Source: Fidelibacterota bacterium (GTDB lineage Bacteria > Fidelibacterota > Marinisomatia > Marinisomatales > UBA2128). From it: 17,510 nucleotides of DNA. The stretch's first letter is position 1; each line of letters opens with the position of its first letter. A program made the position numbers and the translations under genes. The notes under the pieces are model-generated. The model made no database searches. It had not been told where the DNA came from and worked only from the letters and a program-made list of their open reading frames with translations. Below are positions 1 to 8,646 of this stretch, piece after piece. The stretch is taken from contig JBHHUM010000042.1 in assembly GCA_046861645.1 (NCBI GenBank), positions 1 to 17,510 on the forward strand, in the 5' to 3' direction.

Positions 1-113
1 GCCTCCACCGTGCACGAAAAAAACTTAGGTCTGTATTTTCATCTAACTGTGACTTGTATCGGGATACTAAGAATACATTACGCTGCGACAGAAAGAATAG
101 ACAGTCTTTATGA
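1..113 (+). CDS. ECF-type RNA polymerase sigma factor, 3' end only (5'-truncated by the window edge)
   Basis: Not in the ORF track. The frame from nt 3 reads LHRARKKLRSVFSSNCDLYRDTKNTLRCDRKNRQSL*. (R)LHRARKKLR is the typical end of sigma region 4.2. The TGA at 111-113 overlaps the ATG at 110 of an anti-sigma-like gene (ATGA coupling). Confidence 0.8.
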   Translation, partial: LHRARKKLRSVFSSNCDLYRDTKNTLRCDRKNRQSL

Positions 114-364
114 ACTACAAAATTTTCAAAAAATGTATTGATGCCTATCTTGATGAAGAACTCAACGAGGAGGAATCATCAGCATTCGAACAACACCTCA
201 AATCTTATTCGCTATGCCGAAGAGAGCTAATGAGCTTCGATAAATGTATCCAACTGATGAATGTATTCATGAAAGAAATCAATCCACCCAATAAAATCAG
301 ACAAGGCGTTTTCGATAAAATGGATTGTGATGATATTATGAGGATGTGCCTACCCTCCTTATAG
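110..364 (+). CDS. Soluble zf-HC2/ZAS-like anti-sigma factor with degenerate zinc motif
   Basis: MNYK...IDAYLDEELNEEESSAFEQHLKSYSLCRREL matches the ZAS pattern MxC...YLDGEL...HLxxCxxC, but two Cys positions are Tyr. It is coupled to the upstream sigma and has no transmembrane segment. Confidence 0.8.
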   Translation: MNYKIFKKCIDAYLDEELNEEESSAFEQHLKSYSLCRRELMSFDKCIQLMNVFMKEINPPNKIRQGVFDKMDCDDIMRMCLPSL

Positions 365-611
365 TAACAAATCTTAATCTACCCTATCAATACTTATTCA
401 TAATCTCTTAAGAAAAGGATTGAAATCGTTGTACATATCGCCTGGATACCAGACTGGATTAGAAAACGCCTTGGATTTAATCGACTAATATGTACAGGTA
501 TGTAACTCCTGCATGTAAATTTTGAAATGTATTTAATGAGAGTTTAATACAAAAAGTTCGCCGTACTATTAATGGCTTCCTTTTTGAAGCTTATTATGGA
601 GAGGAGTTATT

Positions 612-992
612 ATGAAGCGTTGGATAGGTCGTTGGTTTATGGTGGTAGCGATAGGTCACACAATTTTCGGAATTTTCGGTTTTGGCGTCGTACACGTAGC
701 AGACAGTTTGCCCGGTATTATATCCGATGGGGTGATAAACAGCATTGGAGAAGATCCAGGACGTTGGGGGATTTTCTGGTTTTTATTCTTTGGTTTCCTG
801 CTGTTTGTTCTGGGTCTATTGATCGATTGGGCTGAAGTAAATAGTAAAGTAGCATTACCCTCCTCTCTCGGTTGGTATTTGTTGGTGATTACCATTCTTG
901 GTACCACGATGATCCCGGTATCTGGTTTTTATCTGGTTTTGCCACCGTCAGTTGCAATAATCAAACGTCCATCTTTCCTGCAGCGAAAATGA
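612..992 (+). CDS. Small integral membrane protein, DUF6463-like
   Basis: GAGGAG Shine-Dalgarno at 601-606. About 4 hydrophobic segments. Motifs GRW...GHTIFG, FWFLFFG and P-x-SGF-x-L resemble DUF6463 proteins (recognised from memory). Confidence 0.7.
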   Translation: MKRWIGRWFMVVAIGHTIFGIFGFGVVHVADSLPGIISDGVINSIGEDPGRWGIFWFLFFGFLLFVLGLLIDWAEVNSKVALPSSLGWYLLVITILGTTMIPVSGFYLVLPPSVAIIKRPSFLQRK

Positions 993-1149
993 CCCTTAAA
1001 TTCACAACTGCGTCATACGACTCATTAGGATAAGATTGACATCTACTAAACTGTAGTAATCTCAATAATACGCCCTCTCATAAAATTCGCACATCACTGT
1101 AATGTATCTCTTTTACTAATAATTTCGTCTTAATTAACAAATAGAAGAA

Positions 1150-2166
1150 ATGTCAAACCGTATGATCAAACTGTCTCTCTTGTATGGTACTTTTATTTTC
1201 GTTTCATGTGCAATCACAGAGATGGGAAAATTGAAAACACCTCAATATATACAAGGAAAAGCGACTTATCAGGGAGCTAAATCCTGTAGTGAATGCCACA
1301 AGGAAATTTATGACCAATGGAAGACATCAAGACACTCCATGGCAACAAGCGATCCCTGGTTCCACGAAATGAAAAAGGGTGTAAATCTTCTATATTATAT
1401 GATGATGGGAAAAGATTTTTGCTATAACTGTCACGGCCCAAAAGAATTGAATGAAGGGGTTTCCTGTGAAATCTGCCATGGTGTTAACGATATCAGAGAT
1501 ACAGAGATTATTCATAAGGAAAAGTATACACCCGGATTACGGCATTTGAAAAGTGGTCAAACCTGTGGTAATTGCCATGGAATGAGACATCCCATTTCAG
1601 GAGATGTAATTGTAACAACACAATTTGAATGGGAGAAGAGCCCCGCAGGAAGAGAAGGATTGGATTGTACCGATTGTCACATGAAAAAGCGATCCAACGG
1701 TCTATCATTTCATGGTTTTACCAGCAGATATATCGATTCCAGTATCTATGAAGACGATATTGAAATAAGAAATGTCTCTCTGGAGTTTCCCAATCTCACA
1801 TTTGTTCTCGAAAATAAAATCACCGGACATTCGCTTCTCACTGGAGGTCCAGAAGCAATACTCCAATTGAAAGTTGAAGTGAAGAATCAGAAATCTAGAG
1901 TTTTACAAACATACACTGAAATATTCAAGCAATCTGGAACACGCTCCTTTGGTATGCCCTGGGGAGTTGAAGCGGACAATCGACTGACAGCAGGGGAAAT
2001 TCGTATTATCCACTTCGTATTACCAGAATCTCTTAGAAACCGAATTACAAGCATGACCGTATCGCTCAAATTGTTCTCTGTGGATTTCAGGTATAAAGGA
2101 GACGTCAAAAAAGCACGCTGGGAAAGTGATAAGTTCTACGAGAAAACATTCTCGTTAACAGAATAA
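1150..2166 (+). CDS. Multiheme (5 x CxxCH) cytochrome c, predicted lipoprotein
   Basis: Heme motifs are CSECH, CYNCH, CEICH, CGNCH and CTDCH. The N-terminal signal ends in lipobox-like FVSC (C20). The c554-like start reads YQGAKSCSECHKEIYDQWKTSRH. The C-terminal heme-free domain contains GHSLLTG. The start could alternatively be the ATG at 1162. Confidence 0.9.
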   Translation: MSNRMIKLSLLYGTFIFVSCAITEMGKLKTPQYIQGKATYQGAKSCSECHKEIYDQWKTSRHSMATSDPWFHEMKKGVNLLYYMMMGKDFCYNCHGPKELNEGVSCEICHGVNDIRDTEIIHKEKYTPGLRHLKSGQTCGNCHGMRHPISGDVIVTTQFEWEKSPAGREGLDCTDCHMKKRSNGLSFHGFTSRYIDSSIYEDDIEIRNVSLEFPNLTFVLENKITGHSLLTGGPEAILQLKVEVKNQKSRVLQTYTEIFKQSGTRSFGMPWGVEADNRLTAGEIRIIHFVLPESLRNRITSMTVSLKLFSVDFRYKGDVKKARWESDKFYEKTFSLTE

Positions 2167-2180
2167 AGGAGGAAGTCAAG

Positions 2181-2771
2181 ATGTCGTTAAGTTCAAAAGA
2201 AAAGGAATTAGTTGCTCTCGGTGCATCCTTAGTGGCTGGTTGTATACCTTGTACGACCTATCATTTCAAGAAATGTTGGGAAACCGGCGTTTCAGGGGAT
2301 GAAATTCAAGAGGCAGTTTATGTCGCTCGCAGTATTCGGAATAGTACGTCAACTATCATGGAAAATCTAGTTAACAAACATCTTGGAATTTTTTCTGAAA
2401 AAGGCAATGAAAATCGAGGATTTCCAAACAATCCTTCACGGATCAATGAACTGGTCTCCATCGCTGCAGCTTTTGCTGTCAACAGTACGTCAAATCTGAA
2501 TAAACACGTTGCCGCAGCTCTAACCATTAGTAGTATTACAGAGGACGAGATTAAATCGGTTCTGGACATTGCAGGGTTCATTAAAACAAAAGCTGCTTCT
2601 CATGTGGAAAGAATTGCAGAAAAAATCAACAAGACCCCCATTCCTCAGGAAAAACCAGAAGACTTAGAAGGATGCAGTTGTAACAATGAATCATTGGAAT
2701 CAGTCGCTAATTCAACTGAGGAACCCTATGCAGGAACCGGAGAGGACTGTGGTTGTGGTGGAGAGTGTTAG
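2181..2771 (+). CDS. Carboxymuconolactone decarboxylase/AhpD-like protein, two tandem CMD repeats plus Cys-rich tail
   Basis: AAGGAGG SD upstream. Repeat 1 is KEKELVALGASLVAGCIPCTTYH...GVSGDEIQEA (CxxC). Repeat 2 is RINELVSIAAAFAVNSTSNLNKH...ITEDEIKS. The tail is GCSC...DCGCGGEC. Confidence 0.85.
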   Translation: MSLSSKEKELVALGASLVAGCIPCTTYHFKKCWETGVSGDEIQEAVYVARSIRNSTSTIMENLVNKHLGIFSEKGNENRGFPNNPSRINELVSIAAAFAVNSTSNLNKHVAAALTISSITEDEIKSVLDIAGFIKTKAASHVERIAEKINKTPIPQEKPEDLEGCSCNNESLESVANSTEEPYAGTGEDCGCGGEC

Positions 2772-2837
2772 TAAACAAACTCTATTACTATACTGTTAGA
2801 TTATTAGTCGATATGTCCACACATTAGAGTTAATAAA

Positions 2838-5800
2838 CTAAACAGAGAAATACTCCTGCAAACTCGATACATCCATTTTTTCTTTCTGCATCATTCGTAT
2901 CCCCCGTACCGCCGCAGCGGCGGCAGAAAGTGTGGTAATCGCCATGATTCCCTTTTGAATACAGGTTCTACCAATCGCTTCTTCGTCGTAACGGGATTTT
3001 TCTCCTAAGGGAGTATTAATAACCAGCTGGATCTCCCCATTCTTAATACCATCCACCACATTGGGTCTCCCTTCTCCCACTTTGAAAATGGATCGAGCCG
3101 GAATTCCATTACGTTTCAACTCCCGCGCAGTACCAGCAGTCGCAACTACATCAAAACCCATCTCGGACAAATCACGGGCCAAGGGAATGGTATTCATTTT
3201 ATCCTGATCATTAACTGATATGAACACACTACCCTTTGTTGGCATTACATTTCCTGCACTGACAGTAGCTCGTCGAAAAGAACCTCCAAATGTAGATGAA
3301 ATACCCATCACTTCTCCCGTGGACTTCATCTCCGGACTCAGAAAAATGGACTCCTCCGGGAACTTATTAAAAGGTAGCACAGCTTCTTTCACCGCAATAT
3401 GTTTGATATTGTCCCATGCTTGTAAATCCATATTTTCCAATTTTTCTCCTACTGCTAACTTGACAGCTATGCGCGCCAGAGGAACATTAGTAGCTTTGCT
3501 TACAAAAGGAACAGTCCTGCTGGCTCTTGGATTTACTTCCAACACATACACTATGTTATCCTTATAAGCAAACTGCAGGTTAATGAGCCCTTTTACATTT
3601 AATTCCAACGCCAAGGTTTCAGTGATATGAATTATTTCTTCCAGGGCAGATGTGGTGATCCGGTAAGGAGGCAAGACGCAAGCCGAGTCTCCGGAATGGA
3701 TGCCGGCTTCTTCGATGTGCTGCATGATTCCTCCGATGTGAACCCTCTCTCCATCACAAAGGGCATCTACATCAAATTCAAAAGCATCCTCTAAAAATTC
3801 ATCAATTAATATGGGGTGCCCTTCTGTTACATCCGTTGATCTGGCAATATAATCAATCAATTGTTCTTTGGTATATACGATTTCCATAGCTCTGCCCCCT
3901 AATACATAACTCGGACGAGCTAATACGGGATAGTCAATCCGGTCAGCCACATCAACGACCTCCTCCAAAGTCCTTCCAGTACCGTATTGGGGACAGGTAA
4001 TATTTAGTTTATCTAACACGCGACCGAACTTCTCACGATCTTCCGCTAAATCGATACTCTCAGGAGAAGTACCTATTATCGGAACACCAGCTTGCGCCAG
4101 GTCATTGGCAATCTTTAAAGGAGTTTGACCGCCAAACTGTACTACCACACCATCTGGCTTTTCAAAATCTATGATGTTGAGTACATCTTCAAAAGTTATG
4201 GGCTCAAAATAGAGTCTGTCCGCTAAATCAAAATCTGTACTTACTGTTTCAGGGTTGCAATTGACCATGATGGTCTTATATCCTAAATCCTTAAGACCTA
4301 AGACTGCCTGAACACAGCAGTAATCAAATTCAATTCCCTGACCAATACGATTGGGTCCCCCACCAAGAATTATAACCTTTCTGTTATACACACTATTCGT
4401 CCTTTCGGCAACCTCCTCTACATTCTGGGAGATTCTACGAAAAACCTCGGGATGTAGAGATTCTTTAGATTGATCTACCAGAGGAGCAATCTCATTTTCC
4501 TCTTCATAGGTCGAATAACAATAAGGTGTTTGGGCTTCAAATTCACCGGAGCAAGTATCTACAACCTTGTAGGAAGGAATAACTTGTTCCTCCTTCCGCT
4601 GATTCCTGATTTTTATTTCTTCTTTACCTACCATTCGCCCAATTTGTTGATCGGAAAATCCGTTCTGCTTCAGCACACGTAATGAGGCACTTCTACTTTT
4701 GACTTCCTTCTTTTGAATGTCAACTAGTTCTTTTATTTGGTACAAAAACCAAGGGTCGATTTTCGTAATCCTGCTAATTTCATCTACTTTTCGTCCTTCA
4801 AAAAATGCTTGACGTACTTTTAATAGCCGAAATGCCGTCGGGTACCGGAGGGTGGACATATCCAATGATCGTGCCCGGCTTATTTCTAAATCTCCTCCAG
4901 CCGGTGGCTTTGGTTCCAAACCATCAAGCCCTACCTCCAAAGAACGGAAAGCCTTTTGTAGACTCTCTTTAAATATCCGACCGATGGACATCACCTCACC
5001 AACACTTTGCATCTGTACTCCTAAGTGGCCCGATGCTGTAGGAAATTTCTCAAAGTCAAAGCGAGGAATTTTCGTTACTACATAATCTATAACTGGTTCA
5101 AAAGCTGCTAATGTTTTACCAGTTATATTATTGGGAAGCTCATCCAGAGTATATCCAACCGCTAGTTTAGCTGCTACTTTTGCAATTGGAAAACCAGTAG
5201 CTTTACTAGCCAGAGCAGATGATCGACTCACCCGTGGATTCATCTCGATGATGACCATACGTCCATCTTCAGGATTTACAGCAAATTGAACATTGGATCC
5301 ACCTGTTTCTACACCGATGGTACGTAGACAAAGAATAGCCCAGTTACGCATTTGTTGATACTCTTTATCGGTCAGTGTCATCGCAGGTGCCACGGTTATA
5401 GAATCCCCGGTGTGCACACCCATGGGGTCCACATTTTCTATAGAGCATACAATAATGACATTATCCGCATTATCTCTCATGACTTCCAGCTCAAATTCCT
5501 TCCAGCCCAGCAGGGATTCTTCCATTAATACTTCCTTGATAGGGCTGGTATTGATACCATTTTCTAGTAACTCACGAAATTCTTCACGGTTGTAGGCTAC
5601 CGATCCACCTGTCCCTCCCAAGGTGTATGAGGGACGAATGATTATGGGATATTTCATGGTTTCGAGAAGTGTTTCAGCCTCTTTCCATGAGTGGACAAAT
5701 CCACCTTTTGCCGTATTTATTTCAACTGTATCCATAACTTGCTTGAATCTTTCCCGATCTTCTGCTTTAGCAATGGAATCAATCTTCGCTCCAATCAATT

Positions 5801-6140
5801 GAACGTTAAATTCATCCAACACACCTTGATTATGAAGTTCAACAGCCAGATTAAGAGCAGTTTGGCCTCCCACTGTAGGTAAAATAGCATCGGGTTTTTC
5901 TTTAGCAATTATTGCGGAAATATACTCTACACTCAGAGGCTCTATATAAGTTGCATCAGCTAATTCTGGATCCGTCATAATAGTCGCTGGATTAGAATTT
6001 ACCATGATGATATGAAAACCCTCTTCCTTAAGCGCCCGGGCAGCCTGAGTACCAGAATAATCAAATTCACAAGCCTGTCCGATGACAATAGGACCTGCAC
6101 CTAATATTAGAATAGATTCAATATCAGTTCGCTTGGGCAC
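2838..6140 (-). CDS. carB: Carbamoyl-phosphate synthase large subunit
   Basis: N-terminus [30 protein letters not shown]. Two ATP-grasp domains ([15 protein letters not shown] and [14 protein letters not shown]). C-terminal MGS-like domain. 1100 aa, GTG start. Confidence 0.99.
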   Translation of the reverse strand: MPKRTDIESILILGAGPIVIGQACEFDYSGTQAARALKEEGFHIIMVNSNPATIMTDPELADATYIEPLSVEYISAIIAKEKPDAILPTVGGQTALNLAVELHNQGVLDEFNVQLIGAKIDSIAKAEDRERFKQVMDTVEINTAKGGFVHSWKEAETLLETMKYPIIIRPSYTLGGTGGSVAYNREEFRELLENGINTSPIKEVLMEESLLGWKEFELEVMRDNADNVIIVCSIENVDPMGVHTGDSITVAPAMTLTDKEYQQMRNWAILCLRTIGVETGGSNVQFAVNPEDGRMVIIEMNPRVSRSSALASKATGFPIAKVAAKLAVGYTLDELPNNITGKTLAAFEPVIDYVVTKIPRFDFEKFPTASGHLGVQMQSVGEVMSIGRIFKESLQKAFRSLEVGLDGLEPKPPAGGDLEISRARSLDMSTLRYPTAFRLLKVRQAFFEGRKVDEISRITKIDPWFLYQIKELVDIQKKEVKSRSASLRVLKQNGFSDQQIGRMVGKEEIKIRNQRKEEQVIPSYKVVDTCSGEFEAQTPYCYSTYEEENEIAPLVDQSKESLHPEVFRRISQNVEEVAERTNSVYNRKVIILGGGPNRIGQGIEFDYCCVQAVLGLKDLGYKTIMVNCNPETVSTDFDLADRLYFEPITFEDVLNIIDFEKPDGVVVQFGGQTPLKIANDLAQAGVPIIGTSPESIDLAEDREKFGRVLDKLNITCPQYGTGRTLEEVVDVADRIDYPVLARPSYVLGGRAMEIVYTKEQLIDYIARSTDVTEGHPILIDEFLEDAFEFDVDALCDGERVHIGGIMQHIEEAGIHSGDSACVLPPYRITTSALEEIIHITETLALELNVKGLINLQFAYKDNIVYVLEVNPRASRTVPFVSKATNVPLARIAVKLAVGEKLENMDLQAWDNIKHIAVKEAVLPFNKFPEESIFLSPEMKSTGEVMGISSTFGGSFRRATVSAGNVMPTKGSVFISVNDQDKMNTIPLARDLSEMGFDVVATAGTARELKRNGIPARSIFKVGEGRPNVVDGIKNGEIQLVINTPLGEKSRYDEEAIGRTCIQKGIMAITTLSAAAAAVRGIRMMQKEKMDVSSLQEYFSV

Positions 6141-6145
6141 CGTGA

Positions 6146-6895
6146 CTATTCTTGGAATAATTCATCCTGCAATCCTTGATTTATCTTATATTGCTGAAAC
6201 TCCATTCTTATTATACCAGGTTTGTTAGATGAAGTTACATCATAATGATCACCAAAAGGGCCCTCAGACGTTCTTCCGTGAGACATATTTCTAAAGATAG
6301 AAGTATCTAACTGAATTTCTGTTACCATCGGTAAATATATCTGTTCTTCATATTCTCCGTAGGTAGTAGAAATAACTACTGCCTTAAGAGAATCCAATAG
6401 CGTTTCGGTATGCCCTATAACCCATCTTTCACAATCAATCCACATGGTTATTTTTATCTCAATATCTGTGTTCTGCTGCTCACCCTGCCAAGGTACAGCT
6501 AATAGTGAGTCAGTAGTTAATTTACCTTCCACTACCCAATAAACCCGGGCACCTCTTTCCTCCTTTCCTAAGACCTTGGCTGAATCTAATTCAGAAAGAA
6601 GTTCTATAGCGGAACCCCCAAGACCTGTTTTGGGAACGATGGCAAACCCTTCAGCTTCAATCTTAACCTTATTAGGCTGCTTAAAATAAAATTGCAGTTT
6701 CTTACTGGGCATTCGGACCAATGGAAGTTCAATATTCAATATCATCGTAGTAGAATAGTCCTCTACTTTCTGGAATTGATTGTTAACATTCTGTATGATA
6801 GCATTGAGTGTGGGGATGTCGGATTCATCCGCAGTCAAAGAGAAGACCATGATTAAATTGAAAGTCAATATTTTCTTTCTAAACGACAATATCAC
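6146..6895 (-). CDS. LolA-like outer-membrane lipoprotein carrier/sorting family protein, secreted
   Basis: N-terminal signal-like stretch. DYSTTM...[12 protein letters not shown] and C-terminal [12 protein letters not shown] resemble the LolA-like fold. The start overlaps the permease stop (GTGA). Confidence 0.65.
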   Translation of the reverse strand: MILSFRKKILTFNLIMVFSLTADESDIPTLNAIIQNVNNQFQKVEDYSTTMILNIELPLVRMPSKKLQFYFKQPNKVKIEAEGFAIVPKTGLGGSAIELLSELDSAKVLGKEERGARVYWVVEGKLTTDSLLAVPWQGEQQNTDIEIKITMWIDCERWVIGHTETLLDSLKAVVISTTYGEYEEQIYLPMVTEIQLDTSIFRNMSHGRTSEGPFGDHYDVTSSNKPGIIRMEFQQYKINQGLQDELFQE

Positions 6896-7737
6896 GTACG
6901 AATATCCTTGCGTAAAAATGCTACAAAACCGATTCCAGAAAATACAGTTGTATAGAGCAATAATACCAGAAGGCTCTTAATTATCTCACTCCACGGTATT
7001 GGATCTTTGAAGGCGAGGTTCCAAATGTCGACATAATCAGTAAAGAGATAGGGGCTGATACGTTCAAAGAGGTCCAGTGGAATAGTAGATATAGCCAGTC
7101 CGATAATCACAATGGCCATGGAGCCGATTACCGGTCCAATTCCATTATTTACCATAGCAGAAAACATAAAGCATAAAGCGGCTACTACAAAGAGAGAAGC
7201 GGTGGCAAAACAAAAAGCGAGCGCAAAACGCACCCATGCCAACTCTGCCGAAAGGATCAGGATACCCTCATCGAACACAACCAGATCGCCTGTACCCAAC
7301 CAGATCGAACCCAGGCCCAAACTCAAAAGGGCAAAGAATATAATCAAGGCCAGTGTATAGATGAATGTAGCCAGCAATTTTGAAAACAGAATTTTCGCTC
7401 TTGAGACCGGGCGTGTCAGGTAAATACGAAACGTGCCGGCTGCGCCTTCACCCGCGACTACATCTCCTGCTACTAAAGTCACCAGAAAAGGTATATGGAC
7501 CCACAAGAAATTCATGACCAAGTACGTGGCCAAGAAACCGTTGAACGCCGAACCGACCACAATGAAGTTGTCTTCTAATTGATGGGTCATATCTTCATGA
7601 ATTTCGCTCCCTCCCACACTGAAACCCCACATCACCAATGGCATGAGCACCACCAGGGCTATGAATCCAATATAGCTCCGCCACTTGGATGAAATCTTTA
7701 TCAGCTCATTCTTGATTAATGCAACCAGCATCTTCAA
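6892..7737 (-). CDS. ABC-2 type transporter permease
   Basis: LIKNELIK N-terminus, about 6 TM segments, conserved VAGEGAAGTFRIYLTRPVSRAKILFSK loop, and FLRKDI C-terminus. Confidence 0.92.
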   Translation of the reverse strand: MKMLVALIKNELIKISSKWRSYIGFIALVVLMPLVMWGFSVGGSEIHEDMTHQLEDNFIVVGSAFNGFLATYLVMNFLWVHIPFLVTLVAGDVVAGEGAAGTFRIYLTRPVSRAKILFSKLLATFIYTLALIIFFALLSLGLGSIWLGTGDLVVFDEGILILSAELAWVRFALAFCFATASLFVVAALCFMFSAMVNNGIGPVIGSMAIVIIGLAISTIPLDLFERISPYLFTDYVDIWNLAFKDPIPWSEIIKSLLVLLLYTTVFSGIGFVAFLRKDIRT

Positions 7738-8645
7738 CTCCTTTGCTCGCCGGTTAGAGAAAGAAAATAATCTTCAAGGGAAGTACGCGGTACTATAGCA
7801 TCCACTTCGATACCACTATCTACTAGAGCTTTAGTTACCTTGGCAAGATCCGTTGCAGCTACTGTCGCTTTAATCACTTCTTCATCAATATCCATGTGAC
7901 TGATAAAATGAAGATGATCTAATATTTCCTTTGCTTTCCCTAAAGGTCTGGCTCGAATTTCAGTCTCAAACAAATAGGTTTCTGCCAACAGTTCTTTCAC
8001 ACTACCTGCCGTTACCAACCGTCCCTTGTTCAAAATGGCCATGGCTGTACACGTTTGTTCCACCTCATGTAGAAGGTGCGATGAGAGGAATATAGTTATC
8101 CCTTCTTCCGCCAGCTGGATAATAAGCTCCCTAACCTCCTTCATACCTTGGGGATCGAGTCCGGTTGTAGGCTCATCGAGGATTAGGAGTCTTGGATCGT
8201 GCAGAAGTGCCTGGGCAATCCCCAGACGCTGCTTCATTCCGTGGGAGTAAGTTTTTACTTTGCTCTCCGCCCGAGGTAGCAATCTGACAATTTCGAGAAC
8301 CTCGTTAATCCTTTTTCCAGAACCACCACCCAGCCGGGCTAATATCTCCAGGTTTTTTCGGGCAGATAAATTTTTGTAGAAGGCAGCATCTTCAATCAGA
8401 GCCCCTACTCCTTGTAATGCACTATTTCCAAATCGTTTTATTGATTTTCCAAAAATCTCTACATCTCCAGCATCCGGACGAAGTAAGCCCAGAATCAGAC
8501 GAATAGTAGTAGACTTCCCCGCACCGTTAGGTCCCAGGAAACCGAAGATCTCACCCTTTTGTACTTCAAAACTGAGGTTATCAACAGCATTGATCGCTTT
8601 AAAAGATTTACTGAGACTGCGAATTCTGAGGATGGTGTTGCTCAT
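7734..8645 (-). CDS. ABC transporter ATP-binding protein (ABC-2/BcrA-like)
   Basis: Walker A GPNGAGKST, signature YSHGMKQR, Walker B LLILDEP, H-loop SSHLL. Confidence 0.97.
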   Translation of the reverse strand: MSNTILRIRSLSKSFKAINAVDNLSFEVQKGEIFGFLGPNGAGKSTTIRLILGLLRPDAGDVEIFGKSIKRFGNSALQGVGALIEDAAFYKNLSARKNLEILARLGGGSGKRINEVLEIVRLLPRAESKVKTYSHGMKQRLGIAQALLHDPRLLILDEPTTGLDPQGMKEVRELIIQLAEEGITIFLSSHLLHEVEQTCTAMAILNKGRLVTAGSVKELLAETYLFETEIRARPLGKAKEILDHLHFISHMDIDEEVIKATVAATDLAKVTKALVDSGIEVDAIVPRTSLEDYFLSLTGEQRS

Positions 8646-8646
8646 A

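Noticed and set aside
365..611. Inverted 9-mer TGTACATAT (430-438)/ATATGTACA (488-496) and short open frames in the gap after the anti-sigma
   Set aside because: The arms are about 50 nt apart in AT-rich DNA, and the frames lack a start/SD or recognisable homology. This cannot be distinguished from chance.
572..907. ORFs 572-835 (+) and 656-907 (-)
   Set aside because: They overlap the better-supported 612-992 membrane protein, which has a strong SD and family-like motifs. Neither has recognisable features.
1036..1070. TTGACA upstream of the cytochrome gene as a sigma70 promoter
   Set aside because: No acceptable -10 hexamer at a 16-19 bp spacing.
2181..2774. Selenocysteine read-through in the CMD protein or anti-sigma
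   Set aside because: The CxxC uses TGT codons and both genes end in TAG, so there is no in-frame TGA to recode.
2772..2837. Bidirectional terminator between the convergent CMD gene and carB
   Set aside because: Only a 7-bp AT-rich inverted repeat (2778-2784/2825-2831) with a 40-nt loop is present, with no GC stem or U-tract.
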